A stretch of 64,000 bases of DNA from an uncultured Arcobacter sp. (GCA_965140705.1 OZ223300.1:1983479-2047478); one strand, 5' to 3'. Counted from the stretch's first letter, positions 42,025-53,733 are shown. The notes: a model not told the origin generated them from the sequence alone. Numbers and translations are program-made.

Positions 42025-42469
42025 AACAAACTTTGGTGAAAAGCCTCATTATGAACTTCCAAAACCTTTGTTTTACAAGGAATTGGGAGAAGATGGATTA
42101 ATTAAGCTTTTTAATGACTTCTATGATTTATTAGTGGAAAGTGACATCTCTAATTTTTTTCCTCAAGATGAAAAAGAGTTAGCAAAAGTCAAGGCACATA
42201 ATGTGAAGTTTTTTATAGAAGCTTGTGGCGGTCCAAAGTATTATTCAGAAGAAGTGGGTCACTTCGATATGATAAAAGCCCATGAACCTTTTTCAATAAC
42301 TGAAAAAGCAAGAACAGAATGGCTTGGTTGTATGCAAGAAGTATTAAAAAATGTTAAAATTTCAGAAGAAGCAAAAAAAAGTTTTTGGGAATACTTAGAA
42401 AAATTTTCAAAACATACAGTAAATGTAGATACTGGAATTAAATTACCAGAAGATATAGTAAAAGTATAA
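41996..42469 (+). CDS. Group II truncated haemoglobin-like globin
   Basis: FYD, GGPKYY, AHEPF, WLGCM. Confidence 0.8.
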   Translation: MRKVDYKISKTNFGEKPHYELPKPLFYKELGEDGLIKLFNDFYDLLVESDISNFFPQDEKELAKVKAHNVKFFIEACGGPKYYSEEVGHFDMIKAHEPFSITEKARTEWLGCMQEVLKNVKISEEAKKSFWEYLEKFSKHTVNVDTGIKLPEDIVKV

Positions 42470-42478
42470 AGGAAGTAA

Positions 42479-43366
42479 ATGAATATAATTACCGGGTCAA
42501 TGACAGCACTAATCACTCCATTTAAAAATGGCAAAGTAGATGCTAGTTGCTATGAATATTTAATCAAAAGACAAATAGCACAAGGTATTGATGCAGTTGT
42601 GCCTGTTGGAACGACAGGAGAAAGTGCAACTTTATCACATAATGAACATAAAGAGTGTATTGAAATTGCAGTTTCAGTTTGTAAAGGAACAAATGTAAAA
42701 GTTATAGCAGGAGCTGGTTCTAATGCTACACATGAAGCTTGTGATATAGCAAAACATGCACAAAATGTTGGCGCAGATGGAATATTATCTGTTGCTCCAT
42801 ATTATAATAAACCTATGCAAGAGGGACTTTATCAACACTATAAAGCAATTGCCGAGTCTGTAGAAATTCCAGTTATGCTTTATAATGTTCCAGGAAGAAC
42901 AGGAGTTGATATTGAAGCAGATACTGCAATTAGATTATTTGATGATATTAAAAATATCTATGCAATCAAAGAAGCAACAGGAAGTTTAGAAAGAGCAATT
43001 GAATTAAATACGAAAAGAGCTGACTTTTGTGTAGTTTCTGGTGATGATCTTATTGATTTCCCAATGCTTGCAAATGGAGGAAAAGGAATTATTTCAGTTA
43101 CTGCGAATTTACTTCCTAATTACAAAAGTAAATTAGTAAAAAGTGTATTTGAAGGTGACTATGAAACAGGAAGAGCTATAAATAATGAACTATATGCATT
43201 AAATAAAATTATGTTTTGTGAGAACAATCCAATACCAATAAAAGCAGCTATGTATATTGCTGGATTAATGGATACTTTAGAGTACAGATTGCCACTTACA
43301 AAACCAAGCTTAGAAAATATGAAAAAAATTGAAGAAATAATTAAAAATTATGAGGTAATAAAATAA
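42479..43366 (+). CDS. dapA: 4-hydroxy-tetrahydrodipicolinate synthase
   Basis: GTTGES, PYYNKP, YNVPGRT, IKEA. Confidence 0.97.
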   Translation: MNIITGSMTALITPFKNGKVDASCYEYLIKRQIAQGIDAVVPVGTTGESATLSHNEHKECIEIAVSVCKGTNVKVIAGAGSNATHEACDIAKHAQNVGADGILSVAPYYNKPMQEGLYQHYKAIAESVEIPVMLYNVPGRTGVDIEADTAIRLFDDIKNIYAIKEATGSLERAIELNTKRADFCVVSGDDLIDFPMLANGGKGIISVTANLLPNYKSKLVKSVFEGDYETGRAINNELYALNKIMFCENNPIPIKAAMYIAGLMDTLEYRLPLTKPSLENMKKIEEIIKNYEVIK

Positions 43367-44145
43367 TGAGTAGTGAAATGAAGGGAAAAACATTAGTAAT
43401 TTCTGGTGGAACAAAAGGTATTGGAAAAGAGTGTGTTTACAAGTTTGCAAGTAATGGTATAAATGTAGCTTTTACATATAATTCAAATAAACAGTTTGCA
43501 GAAGATATTTGTAAAGATGTAGAAGAAAAATTTGGTGTAAAATGTAAAGCATACCCTTTTAATATCTTGGAACCAGAAAAATATAAAGAGCTATTTTTAG
43601 AAATCGATAAAGATTTTGATAGGGTTGATTTCTTCATTTCTAATGCAATGATTTATGGAAGAGCTGTTGTTGGTGGATATGGTAAATTTATGAAACTTAA
43701 ACCTAGAGGCTTAAATAATATCTATACAGCAACAGTAAATGCTTTTGTTTGTGGTGCACAACAAGCAGCAAAAAGAATGCAACAAATTGGTGGTGGATCA
43801 ATAGTTAGTTTAAGTAGTACAGGAAACTTAGTATATATTGAAAACTATGCAGGTCATGGTACAAATAAAGCAGCAGTTGAAGCGATGGTTAGATATGCTG
43901 CAAATGAGCTTGGTGAATATGGTATTAGAGTAAATGCAGTTTCTGGTGGTCCAATTGATACGGATGCACTTAAAGCATTTACAAATTATGAAGAAGTAAA
44001 AGCAAAAACTGCTGAATATTCTCCACTAAATAGAATTGGTCAACCTCAAGACTTAGCACAATCATGTTATTTTTTATGTACAGGTGATGCATCATGGATT
44101 ACAGGTCATACTTTAATCGTAGATGGTGGGACAACTTTTAGATAA
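43366..44145 (+). CDS. SDR oxidoreductase (enoyl-ACP reductase FabL / 7-alpha-HSDH-like)
   Basis: SGGTKGIG, VNAVSGGPIDTDAL; position after dapA. Confidence 0.8.
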   Translation: MSSEMKGKTLVISGGTKGIGKECVYKFASNGINVAFTYNSNKQFAEDICKDVEEKFGVKCKAYPFNILEPEKYKELFLEIDKDFDRVDFFISNAMIYGRAVVGGYGKFMKLKPRGLNNIYTATVNAFVCGAQQAAKRMQQIGGGSIVSLSSTGNLVYIENYAGHGTNKAAVEAMVRYAANELGEYGIRVNAVSGGPIDTDALKAFTNYEEVKAKTAEYSPLNRIGQPQDLAQSCYFLCTGDASWITGHTLIVDGGTTFR

Positions 44146-44687
44146 TGATAAAAAAATTAAATCTGCCTAATGCCTTAGCACTTTTAAGAATAGCATTAGC
44201 ACCATTAATGTTATGGTTTTTAGTTGATAGGGATTCTGCTATTTTCTCTACTTGGCATCCCTCTTGGCTTGATTATTTTGCTGGACTAATTTTTGTAATA
44301 GCCTCAGTTACTGACTTTTTTGATGGATATATAGCAAGATCGTGGAATCAAATAACAAAACTTGGTGGTATACTAGACCCACTTGCAGATAAAATGCTTA
44401 TGCTTGCAGGATTTATAGGACTTGTAGCTATAAATAGAGCAAGTGCATGGGCTATATTTTTAATACTTTCAAGGGAGTTTTTTATAACAGGACTTAGAGT
44501 TGTTGCAATTGGAGAAGGTAAAGATGTAGCCTCTACAATGGCAGGAAAAATAAAAACCGTAGTTCAAATGATAGCTATAGGTTTTTTAATTATGAATTGG
44601 CCTTTTGGAACTGAATTACTTTGGTTGGCAGTTATATTAACACTATATTCAGGATATGAGTATATAAGAGACTATTTTAAAGACTAA
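44145..44687 (+). CDS. pgsA: CDP-DAG-glycerol-3-phosphate phosphatidyltransferase
   Basis: DFFDGYIAR, DPLADK. Confidence 0.95.
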   Translation: MIKKLNLPNALALLRIALAPLMLWFLVDRDSAIFSTWHPSWLDYFAGLIFVIASVTDFFDGYIARSWNQITKLGGILDPLADKMLMLAGFIGLVAINRASAWAIFLILSREFFITGLRVVAIGEGKDVASTMAGKIKTVVQMIAIGFLIMNWPFGTELLWLAVILTLYSGYEYIRDYFKD

Positions 44688-44696
44688 AGGATATTT

Positions 44697-45749
44697 GTGG
44701 GTACTATAACTTTTTTACTTGTTCTTTCATTTTTGGTATTTTTCCATGAACTAGGACACTTTTTAGCGGCACGATACTTTGGAATAAAAGTTGAAGTATT
44801 CTCAATAGGTTTTGGAAAAAAACTTTTTTCTAAACAGTGGATGGGAACATCTTGGCAATTTGCATTAATACCCCTTGGTGGTTATGTAAAAATGAAAGGT
44901 CAAGATGATACAAAACCAGGACTTGTAGAAGCTGGAGATGATTCATACAATAATAAAAAACCTTGGCAAAGAATAATAATACTTTTTGCTGGTCCTTTTG
45001 CAAATTTTATACTTGCAGCTATTTTATACTTTACAATTGCAATGATTGGAGCAAACGCTTTAAGCCCAACAATTGGACAAGTTGTTCCTAATTCACCTGC
45101 TGCAAAGGCTGGATTAAAAGCAAATGATGAAATTTTAAGAATAAATAACACAGATGTAAAACAGTGGAATGAAGTTGGAAAATATATTGTGCATTCAAAA
45201 GGTGCTCTACAATTTTATATCAAAAGAGATGGTGCAGTTATTACTAAAATCATAAATCCACATATAAGTGATAGTGAAAATATTTTTAAAGAAAAAATCA
45301 AAAAAAGAATGATAGGAATTGCCCCTGCTCCAAAAGTGGTAAAGTTAAATTTATCACCAACGGAAGCATTAGCTTTTGCCTATGATACAACAGTAGAATC
45401 ATCAAAAATGATTTTTAAAGGTGTACAAAAATTAATCCAAGGTGTAATTCCAAGTAGTGAAGTTGGTGGAGTAATAACAATAGGAAAAGTAATCTCAGAA
45501 GCTAGTCAATCAAGTATTATTGCCCTTCTTTCAATTACAGCTCTTATTTCAGTGAACTTAGGTGTTTTAAACCTTCTTCCAATACCAGCCCTTGATGGTG
45601 GACATATAATGTTTAACCTTTATGAAATAATAGCAAGAAGAAAACCAAGTGATAAAGTATTTATGTACTTGACTATTGTAGGATGGGTAATTCTTGGTTC
45701 TCTTATGCTTTTAGGTATCTATAATGATATCAACAGATTATTAAAGTAG
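44697..45749 (+). CDS. rseP: RIP metalloprotease RseP
   Basis: HELGH, PDZ, NLLPIPALDGG. Confidence 0.95.
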   Translation: MGTITFLLVLSFLVFFHELGHFLAARYFGIKVEVFSIGFGKKLFSKQWMGTSWQFALIPLGGYVKMKGQDDTKPGLVEAGDDSYNNKKPWQRIIILFAGPFANFILAAILYFTIAMIGANALSPTIGQVVPNSPAAKAGLKANDEILRINNTDVKQWNEVGKYIVHSKGALQFYIKRDGAVITKIINPHISDSENIFKEKIKKRMIGIAPAPKVVKLNLSPTEALAFAYDTTVESSKMIFKGVQKLIQGVIPSSEVGGVITIGKVISEASQSSIIALLSITALISVNLGVLNLLPIPALDGGHIMFNLYEIIARRKPSDKVFMYLTIVGWVILGSLMLLGIYNDINRLLK

Positions 45750-45757
45750 GAGAATAG

Positions 45758-46438
45758 ATGTTAACAAAACAGTTAGCTGTAGAAAATTTAGATAAATTAA
45801 TAGAGAGAGTAGAAGCTGCAAGACTTCAAGTCTCTCATCATCACATAGTAAAAATCATAGCTATTAGTAAATATAGCCAAGCCGAAGAAGTAGCAACTTT
45901 ATATGGTGCAGGTCAAAGAGCTTATGGTGAAAACAAAGTACAAGATTTAAAAGATAAGATGGAAAAATTAGATGAACTACCATTAGAATGGCACTTTGTA
46001 GGAAGACTTCAAAAAAATAAAATCAATAATTTGATTGATTTAAATCCAACTTTAGTACAATCTATTGATTCACTTGATTTAGCTATTGAATTTAATAAAA
46101 AACTAGAAGCAAAAAATAAAAAAATAAATGCCCTACTTCAAATAAACTCAGCATACGAAGAATCAAAAGCTGGTGTTATGCCTGAAGTTGCAATTGAAAC
46201 ATATAAAAAGATAATTGATACTTGTCCAAATATAAACTTAAAAGGAGTAATGAGTATCGGAGCTCATGTTGAAGATGAAGATACTATAAAAAAATCTTTT
46301 GAAACAACCAAAAAAATCTTTGATGAATTAGCACCACTTGGAGCAAAATATTGTTCTATGGGGATGAGTGGAGATTTTGAATTAGCTATTTCATGTGGTT
46401 CAAATATGATTCGAGTAGGTTCAAGTCTATTTAAATAG
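45758..46438 (+). CDS. yggS: PLP homeostasis protein YggS
   Basis: AISK, GENKVQ, SMGMSGD, IRVGS. Confidence 0.93.
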   Translation: MLTKQLAVENLDKLIERVEAARLQVSHHHIVKIIAISKYSQAEEVATLYGAGQRAYGENKVQDLKDKMEKLDELPLEWHFVGRLQKNKINNLIDLNPTLVQSIDSLDLAIEFNKKLEAKNKKINALLQINSAYEESKAGVMPEVAIETYKKIIDTCPNINLKGVMSIGAHVEDEDTIKKSFETTKKIFDELAPLGAKYCSMGMSGDFELAISCGSNMIRVGSSLFK

Positions 46439-46445
46439 ACTTGAA
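46420..46445. terminator. Palindrome spanning the yggS stop between convergent genes
   Basis: TTCAAGTCTATTTAAATAGACTTGAA. Confidence 0.55.
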
Positions 46446-46450
46446 TATTA

Positions 46451-46840
46451 TCACTCTTTTATTTCTTTTATATACTCTTTTATAGTTTCAGTTACAGCTT
46501 CACTTGGAGCAACTTGAAAATTAATTACAAAACTATTTTCTTTCTCACATACACCTATACTTCTTGGTCTCACTGCTAAAACATCTGGATTTTGTATTTC
46601 AAGACCAAAACAAAATATAATATTTTTTGCATTTATAATATCTTCACTTATAAAACTATTTTCTAAAGACTTTGTATGGCTATAATGATCAAATATTGCA
46701 ATAAATTTAATTACTGGATTACTATTAATTTTATTTTGTAAAAACAAAATAATCTCATCTAAATTTTTATATTTTATTTCACTTTTATTATACTCAATCT
46801 CTAAAATATGATATTTCTCTTTAAATATCTTTTTCTTCAC
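46451..46840 (-). CDS. Conserved hypothetical protein (DUF6858-like)
   Basis: FDHYSHT, FCFG, AVRPRSIGV. Confidence 0.65.
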   Translation of the reverse strand: MKKKIFKEKYHILEIEYNKSEIKYKNLDEIILFLQNKINSNPVIKFIAIFDHYSHTKSLENSFISEDIINAKNIIFCFGLEIQNPDVLAVRPRSIGVCEKENSFVINFQVAPSEAVTETIKEYIKEIKE

Positions 46841-47383
46841 TTATTCTCCTTTTATTGATAAAAATGATTCAAGAACACATTTTATTCTATTTTCAATATC
46901 ACTTCCATCTTCATTCATATAATCAGTTTGGATTTTATATACTATTTTTTTATCCAAAATAAATTCAAATACTAAATATCCTGCAAAAAAGTTAGATTTT
47001 GTACCTTTTTTATTTTTATCTTTTTTATCATTTTCCAAAATATAATAATCAATCAAAACTTTTTTATCACTCTTTACTGTTTTTTCTTTTGGAATATTTT
47101 TTTTCAAAAGAGAATCTGCTTTTTTTATATCATAAAATTTTTTTAAAACAGAAGGCATAAAAACTGAATAATTTATCTCTGATTTAATTATATAATTATC
47201 TGATAATAATAAATCTTTAGCCAATGATACTTTTTTAGGGAAATAAATAGATTCAAAAGTTACACTCTTTTCTTGACACTCTACTCTCTTGCTTTTAAAA
47301 TCTTTTTTTGTCATATTTTCAAATATCCCATATGCAAAAAATAAAATTATAGCAGAAATTATTGAAACTAATATTTTATCCAT
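46841..47383 (-). CDS. Hypothetical membrane-anchored protein
   Basis: N-terminal TM; abuts downstream gene. Confidence 0.7.
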   Translation of the reverse strand: MDKILVSIISAIILFFAYGIFENMTKKDFKSKRVECQEKSVTFESIYFPKKVSLAKDLLLSDNYIIKSEINYSVFMPSVLKKFYDIKKADSLLKKNIPKEKTVKSDKKVLIDYYILENDKKDKNKKGTKSNFFAGYLVFEFILDKKIVYKIQTDYMNEDGSDIENRIKCVLESFLSIKGE

Positions 47384-47461
47384 AATAGCCCTATGTATTT
47401 AAATTAGGCTAATTATAAACTTTTATTGTTAATTTAATGTTAAAATATTTATAAGTTTTAC

Positions 47462-48169
47462 TTATATTATAGACTCCCCTAACATACCAATTATAAATCC
47501 AAAATTTACACCAATAGTGATAAGTTTTCTTTTTTTATATTGTAATAAGGGTGCAATATCTTGAAAAATAATGTACATGATTCCACCTGCTGAAAAAAGC
47601 ATTAAAGAAGAAGTAATCAAAATCTTATCATTCAAAAATACATAACCTAATAAAGAAAAGAATAATCCAACAAAACTTAAAACAAATAGTATTAGAAGTG
47701 CTTTATAAGATGAGTGTTTTAATCTTTTTAGTTCAGTATATGAATTAAATGATTCTGGTAGGTTTTGCAAGGCTATAAAAATAGAGAGTAATACTCCAAC
47801 TTTATGATTATAAACAAATACAGCCCCTAAAGCTATAGATTCAGGAATAAAATCCAATAACATAGCTATTACTTGAGGTATTTTATATCTATTTCTTTCA
47901 ATTAATTTATCAAAAAAGAAAAAAGAGAGTCCACCTAAAATAAAAAGTGAAGTACTCAATAAAACAGGCAGTTCTAACATTCCATCAGGAACCAAAACAA
48001 AAGAGATAGCAGAAAGCATTATTCCAGTTGAAAAAGCTATCAAATAGTGAATAATAATCTCTTTTAACTCTTTATTTTCTACTCTATTTTCAAAATAATA
48101 CGAAATTAATCCACCAATAAAAACTGTACAACCAGCTAATAATGAAAATAGAAGAATTTCGTAAAGCAT
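47462..48169 (-). CDS. ZIP family metal transporter
   Basis: DFIPESIALG, QNLPESF, AGGIMY. Confidence 0.85.
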   Translation of the reverse strand: MLYEILLFSLLAGCTVFIGGLISYYFENRVENKELKEIIIHYLIAFSTGIMLSAISFVLVPDGMLELPVLLSTSLFILGGLSFFFFDKLIERNRYKIPQVIAMLLDFIPESIALGAVFVYNHKVGVLLSIFIALQNLPESFNSYTELKRLKHSSYKALLILFVLSFVGLFFSLLGYVFLNDKILITSSLMLFSAGGIMYIIFQDIAPLLQYKKRKLITIGVNFGFIIGMLGESII

Positions 48170-48170
48170 A

Positions 48171-48962
48171 TTAGTTTAGCGAGTTTTTAAACTTTTTTAA
48201 CTCTTCTTCTATACTTGGAACTCTCATAAAATGTTCTCCTATTAGAAAAGCATCTGCTCCTATTTCACTTAAGTTTTTTATTATTTCAGTATTACTTACT
48301 CCACTTTCAGCAACAATTATTTTTCCATTTGGAATCATAGGTATTAATCTTTCACAAAGAGTCATATCCATCTCCATTGTCTCTAAATTTCTATGATTGA
48401 TTCCTACAATATGTGCTCCACATTTCATAGCCTTTGTCAAATCCTCTTTATCATGTACTTCAACTAATACTTCTAATCCTAAATGAAGAGCATATTCATA
48501 TAACTCTTTTAAATCTTTAGTAGATAAACTTTTTGCAATAAGAAGTATAAAATCTGCTCCATAAACTAAAGCTTCAACAATTTGGTATTTATCTAAAATA
48601 AAATCTTTTCGTAATAGTGGTGTTGGTACATATCTTCTGATTTGAGTTAGATAATCCAAATTTCCTTGGAAATAATGAGGTTCAGTTAATACAGAAATTG
48701 CATTTGCTCCATTTTTTGAATACTCTTGGGCAATAGATACTGGATCAAAATCTTCTTTTATAACTCCTTTGCTAGGACTAGCTTTTTTAACTTCAGCTAT
48801 GATTCTAATTGGTTCTTCTTTAGTTGATGTAAGATATGGTTTTACATCTCTTGGAGCATATGGATTAGAGCTTAAACTTCTTCCTAATAGTTCTAAAGGT
48901 ATCTCTTTTTTTCTTCTTTCCACATCTTCTAAAGTTCTCTTATTTATCTCATCTAAAATCAT
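48171..48962 (-). CDS. trpC: Indole-3-glycerol phosphate synthase
   Basis: [20 protein letters not shown]. Confidence 0.97.
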   Translation of the reverse strand: MILDEINKRTLEDVERRKKEIPLELLGRSLSSNPYAPRDVKPYLTSTKEEPIRIIAEVKKASPSKGVIKEDFDPVSIAQEYSKNGANAISVLTEPHYFQGNLDYLTQIRRYVPTPLLRKDFILDKYQIVEALVYGADFILLIAKSLSTKDLKELYEYALHLGLEVLVEVHDKEDLTKAMKCGAHIVGINHRNLETMEMDMTLCERLIPMIPNGKIIVAESGVSNTEIIKNLSEIGADAFLIGEHFMRVPSIEEELKKFKNSLN

Positions 48963-50218
48963 TTTTTACTGCACTCCTTAATTTTCTTCCAATGTAATTT
49001 AATCTCACTATCACTTAATCCCACTTCATCAACTACTTTTTTCATAAATTTATAAGCAATTTTGCAATTTCCTAACTTATAATTTCCCCAAGCTTTCGAA
49101 TCAATATAGGCAATATTATTCGGTGCTTTTTCTAAAGCTTTATCTACATACATAAGACCTTTTTTCACATCAACATCATAATCAATTAAAAGATATCCTA
49201 AGTAGTTTTGATAAACATGACTATCCAAAACTGTTAATACATCATTGAATTTTTTAATAACATTTGCTAATACTTTTTTCTTATTTGGTGCTGTTTCAAA
49301 CTCCAAAATAGCAATTTGAGCCAATAAATCAACATTACCATCTTGTTTATATAGTTTTCTTACTAATTTAAGCGCTTTTAGGGATTGACCAGTTCTTTTG
49401 TATAAACTCACTAATTTTACATCATCTACTTTTTCTTTTTCTAAAAAAGCTATTGCTTCTTCTATATCTTTTTTTTCTAAATAAGCTATTAAAACTTTAT
49501 ATGTTTTATTAGCCATATCTTCATTGTTTTCATTTTTATAAGTTTTATATGATCTTTTTAAAACTGAAATAATACCATCTACATTATTTTGTTCTTGATA
49601 AATAGATACTAATTTTGAGCAAATATTTGAATCACATCCAAATAATCTAACATGTGTTTCAAGATAAGCCAAAGCTTCTGGTTTTTTGTTTAAATATGCA
49701 TATAAGATATTTACAAGATTAAGAAGTGTACTAGGACTATTATTCATAGAATATGAAGTTTCAAAATATGAAGCTGCTTTTTTATAATCTTTTTTTACAA
49801 AATAAACATTTGCCAAAACTTCATAATTTAGAGCACTTTTATATTTACTTAAAAGTTCTTGTGCTACATCTAATGCTTTATTTGTTTGATTTAGATTAAG
49901 TAAGGAAACGCAATAGATTCTTAAAATCAATTCTCTCTCTTTTACATCATCACCAAGATGATTTTGCACTTTTTTTATAATATCTTTAAAATGACCAGTT
50001 GCTAAAGAGGCTCTTAAATATCTTACAAAATATTCATAATTATTAGTATTATCATATAATTTTTCATACAATAATCTAGCCTGATTTGTATCACCTTGTC
50101 TTTCATATTCTAAGGCATATACAATGTATAAATCTTCATTAAAATCTTTATTTACTTCTTTTGCAAATAAAGAACTTAGAAAAATAAATATTATTAAATA
50201 TCTTTTATAGCTGGACAC
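48959..50218 (-). CDS. Secreted TPR protein
   Basis: Signal peptide, TPR-like helices, NYLGY, YIDSKAW. Confidence 0.8.
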   Translation of the reverse strand: MSSYKRYLIIFIFLSSLFAKEVNKDFNEDLYIVYALEYERQGDTNQARLLYEKLYDNTNNYEYFVRYLRASLATGHFKDIIKKVQNHLGDDVKERELILRIYCVSLLNLNQTNKALDVAQELLSKYKSALNYEVLANVYFVKKDYKKAASYFETSYSMNNSPSTLLNLVNILYAYLNKKPEALAYLETHVRLFGCDSNICSKLVSIYQEQNNVDGIISVLKRSYKTYKNENNEDMANKTYKVLIAYLEKKDIEEAIAFLEKEKVDDVKLVSLYKRTGQSLKALKLVRKLYKQDGNVDLLAQIAILEFETAPNKKKVLANVIKKFNDVLTVLDSHVYQNYLGYLLIDYDVDVKKGLMYVDKALEKAPNNIAYIDSKAWGNYKLGNCKIAYKFMKKVVDEVGLSDSEIKLHWKKIKECSKK

Positions 50219-50577
50219 TCTTCTTTTACCTCATTTATTCTTGTTCTAAAATAGTCCCAAAAAGGGAATGTTCTACACTGTTTTGGTCTTGCTTCATAAA
50301 CAGAACATTGTCTTTTTCCCAAATCGAAAAATACACAAGCATAATTATTTTCAGCCAATTTTTTTTCATTGATTGTGTATTTATACCCTACTTTTCTTAA
50401 AAACTTATGTACTAATTCATCTACTTCTATATTTAAAAGTTTTGCCAAATCTTCTTGTTCGGTTTTATTTATCCAAATATATCCACTCTCACCTATACAA
50501 CAATTTCCTGCACAAGTATCACAGGCCTTTGGATTAAAGCCATAGGAAAAACCATCTTGTTTCATTATTTCATTCAT
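50194..50577 (-). CDS. YkgJ family cysteine cluster protein
   Basis: CxxCxxxCC, CVFF, CSVYEARPKQCRTFPFW. Confidence 0.9.
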   Translation of the reverse strand: MNEIMKQDGFSYGFNPKACDTCAGNCCIGESGYIWINKTEQEDLAKLLNIEVDELVHKFLRKVGYKYTINEKKLAENNYACVFFDLGKRQCSVYEARPKQCRTFPFWDYFRTRINEVKEECPAIKDI

Positions 50578-51284
50578 ATATCAACTTTTATACTATGTGT
50601 TGAGGATACTTTATAAATATCTTGAACCTCTTTTGTAAAATCTTTTTCTTCAAATACAATGAGCGGACTTAATATTCGCATCAAAGATTTTGAATTTTTT
50701 CTTGCATAAATCAATACTAAAGTAGCATCTTTTCCAAGCTTTGGATGTACAAATTGTATGGACTCAATATTTAATTTATTCTCATTTAAAAGATACATAA
50801 TATCATTTAACTGCTTAACATCGTAACAGAAGAAAAACTTACCGTTTTGATTTAATACTTTTGAAGTTTTTGATATAAAATCAACTAAAGGCATAGAGTC
50901 ATTATATCTTGCTATTTTTATGTTTTCATTTTCACTTTTGATAACATTTGTGTGATAAAAAGGTGGATTTGAAACACAAATATCAAAACTCTTATCAAAA
51001 CTAATATCTTGATATTTACCTTTATAAATTTTTGATTTAATTTTATTGTTTTTAGAATTTATTTTTGTCAATTCTTGAAACTTTTCTTGAACTTCACATT
51101 GATTTAAATTTAATCTTGGATTATCCCTAGCAACTAAAAGTCCTAATATCCCACTTCCACTTCCTATATCTAAAAGTTCACCTTTTATGTTTTTAAAAAT
51201 TTGTAAATTTGTATTTATAAAATGATGTAAAAAGTGAGTATCACTATTGTAACAATATCCATCTTGTGGTTGGTATAGAAGCAA
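50574..51284 (-). CDS. tRNA1(Val) A37 N6-methyltransferase family
   Basis: DIGSGSG, SNPPFY. Confidence 0.82.
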   Translation of the reverse strand: MLLYQPQDGYCYNSDTHFLHHFINTNLQIFKNIKGELLDIGSGSGILGLLVARDNPRLNLNQCEVQEKFQELTKINSKNNKIKSKIYKGKYQDISFDKSFDICVSNPPFYHTNVIKSENENIKIARYNDSMPLVDFISKTSKVLNQNGKFFFCYDVKQLNDIMYLLNENKLNIESIQFVHPKLGKDATLVLIYARKNSKSLMRILSPLIVFEEKDFTKEVQDIYKVSSTHSIKVDI

Positions 51285-51441
51285 ATAAAGCCTTTTTTAT
51301 TTTTTTGTATTGTACTAAAAACTCTCTAATAATGCTTTGAAATGAAATTACAATTGCTTATATTATATATTTAGCTTTTATTAGATACCATTTTAAAATA
51401 AATTTTAATATTTTTCTTTAATAAGAATAAAAGGAGATAAA

Positions 51442-51756
51442 ATGACTTCAATGGAAACTCCACTAAATACACCAGTTTGGATTGATGCAAAAAGGTGTAA
51501 GGCATGTGACCTTTGTGCTTCTGTCTGTCCCGCAGGTGTTCTTGCCATGACATATGATTCTACTTCAACACTTGGTTCAAAAGTTAAAATAATCTCAAAA
51601 GAGTCATGTATTGGATGTGGTGATTGTGAATTTGCATGTCCTGACTTTGCAATAAGTGTAGCCACAAAACATGAGTATAAGTTTGCCAAACTAACAGAAG
51701 AGTCAAAACAACGAGCTAGAATACTAAAAGAAAATAATTACAGAATCAAGGATTAA
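51442..51756 (+). CDS. oorD: 2-oxoglutarate:acceptor oxidoreductase delta subunit
   Basis: Two CxxCxxCxxxCP motifs; first gene of the operon. Confidence 0.92.
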   Translation: MTSMETPLNTPVWIDAKRCKACDLCASVCPAGVLAMTYDSTSTLGSKVKIISKESCIGCGDCEFACPDFAISVATKHEYKFAKLTEESKQRARILKENNYRIKD

Positions 51757-51758
51757 TA

Positions 51759-52889
51759 ATGTCAAGAGAACTAATATGTACAGGAAATGAATTAGCAGCT
51801 ATTGCATCTGTTGATGCAGGATGTGAGTTTTTTTCTGGATATCCTATTACTCCCTCAAGTGAAGTTATGCATACAATTTCAGACTTACTTCCAGCCTCAG
51901 GTGGTGCTGCTATTCAAATGGAAGATGAAATAGCAGGGATTTGTGCAGCACTTGGTGCTTCAATGAGTGGGAAAAAATCACTAACAGCTACAAGCGGTCC
52001 TGGTATTTCACTAAAAGCTGAAAATATTGGTCTTGGATTTATAGCAGAAGTTCCCCTTGTAATCATAAATGTTATGAGAGGAGGACCATCTACTGGACTT
52101 CCTACACGTGTAGCACAAGGTGATATTTTACAAGCAAAAAGTCCTACACATGGGGATTATAACTCTATTACTTTATGTGCTGGAAATCTATCTGAGTGTT
52201 ATACAGAAACTGTTCGAGCTTTTAATCTTGCAGATAGATTTATGCAACCTGTTTTTGTACTACTTGATGAAACAATAGGACACATGAGTGGAAAAGCAAT
52301 TGTTCCTACAATTGAAGAGATAAAAAAGAGTATCTATTATAGAAAAACTTTTGATGGTAATCCAGAAGATTATGAACCATATAATGTAGCCTCTGATCAA
52401 CCAGCAGTTTTAAATCCAATGTTCAAAGGTTACAAATATCACTACACTGGACTTCACCATGACTTTAATGGACATCCAACTGAAGATGAAACTATGTGTG
52501 AAAATCTAATAGAGCGATTATTTAATAAAGTAGATGAACATCTAGATGAAATAGAATCATATGAAGAGTATATGCTAGATGATGCTGATATGATGATTAT
52601 AGCTTATGGGTCACTTTCACTTTCAGCAAAAGAAGCTGTAAATAGACTAAGAGAAGAAGGTATAAAAGTAGGACTTTTTAGACCAATAACACTTTGGCCA
52701 AGTCCAGCTAAAAAAATCAAAGAGTTATGTGATAGATTTGATAAAGTTTTAGTTTGTGAATTAAACCTTGGGCAATATATTCAAGAGATACAAAGAGCAA
52801 GCCAAAGATTGGATTTCGATACTCTGTTTAAAGCAAATGGGAGACCAATAGCTCCACTTGAAATAATCAAAAAAATCAAAGGAATGTAA
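51759..52889 (+). CDS. oorA: 2-oxoglutarate:acceptor oxidoreductase alpha subunit
   Basis: GYPITPSSE, QMEDE, RGGPSTGLPT. Confidence 0.94.
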   Translation: MSRELICTGNELAAIASVDAGCEFFSGYPITPSSEVMHTISDLLPASGGAAIQMEDEIAGICAALGASMSGKKSLTATSGPGISLKAENIGLGFIAEVPLVIINVMRGGPSTGLPTRVAQGDILQAKSPTHGDYNSITLCAGNLSECYTETVRAFNLADRFMQPVFVLLDETIGHMSGKAIVPTIEEIKKSIYYRKTFDGNPEDYEPYNVASDQPAVLNPMFKGYKYHYTGLHHDFNGHPTEDETMCENLIERLFNKVDEHLDEIESYEEYMLDDADMMIIAYGSLSLSAKEAVNRLREEGIKVGLFRPITLWPSPAKKIKELCDRFDKVLVCELNLGQYIQEIQRASQRLDFDTLFKANGRPIAPLEIIKKIKGM

Positions 52890-52890
52890 G

Positions 52891-53724
52891 ATGGCTTTTA
52901 ATTATGATAAATATTTACGAATAAATAAAATGCCAACTTTATGGTGTTGGGGTTGTGGTGACGGGGTTATTTTAAAAGCCCTAATTAGAGCTATTGACGA
53001 ACTTGGTTGGGATATGAATGATGTATGTGTAGTATCAGGTATTGGTTGTTCTGGAAGATTTTCTTCATATATGAACTGTAATACAGTTCATACAACACAC
53101 GGAAGAGCAATAGCCTATGCTACAGGTATCAAACTAGCAAATCCAGACAAACATGTCATCTGTGTAACAGGAGATGGAGATGGCCTTGCTATTGGTGGAA
53201 ATCATACTATTCATGGATGTAGAAGAAATATAGATATTAATCACATAGTAGTAAATAACTTCATCTATGGTCTTACAAACTCACAAACAAGTCCAACAAC
53301 TCCACAAGGAATGTGGACAGTTACTATGAAAAGAGGAAATATCGACCCTACTTTTGACCCTTGTAAACTTGCAATTGGAGCGGGAGCTTCTTTTGTAGCA
53401 AGGGAGAGTGTAACTGAACCTAAGAAATTAGAAAGATTATTGAGAAATGGTCTAAATCATAAGGGATATAGCTTTTTTGATATCTTTTCAAACTGTCATA
53501 TAAACTTAGGAAGAAAAAATAAAATGAATTCAGCCATGGCAAATCTTGATTGGATAAAAGAGATAACAGTTTCTAAAAATAAATTTGAAAAACTAAGTGA
53601 TGAAGAAAAAGTTGGAAAATTTCCAACTGGTATATTAAAACAAGATGAAGAAGCTAAAGAATATACAGACCTATATGAAAAAGTAAAAACAGCTCAAAAA
53701 AACAAAACTGCTGTAGAATTTTAA
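52891..53724 (+). CDS. oorB: 2-oxoglutarate:acceptor oxidoreductase beta subunit
   Basis: WCWGCGDG, GDGD, NNFIYGLT. Confidence 0.94.
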   Translation: MAFNYDKYLRINKMPTLWCWGCGDGVILKALIRAIDELGWDMNDVCVVSGIGCSGRFSSYMNCNTVHTTHGRAIAYATGIKLANPDKHVICVTGDGDGLAIGGNHTIHGCRRNIDINHIVVNNFIYGLTNSQTSPTTPQGMWTVTMKRGNIDPTFDPCKLAIGAGASFVARESVTEPKKLERLLRNGLNHKGYSFFDIFSNCHINLGRKNKMNSAMANLDWIKEITVSKNKFEKLSDEEKVGKFPTGILKQDEEAKEYTDLYEKVKTAQKNKTAVEF

Positions 53725-53733
53725 GGAATTAGT

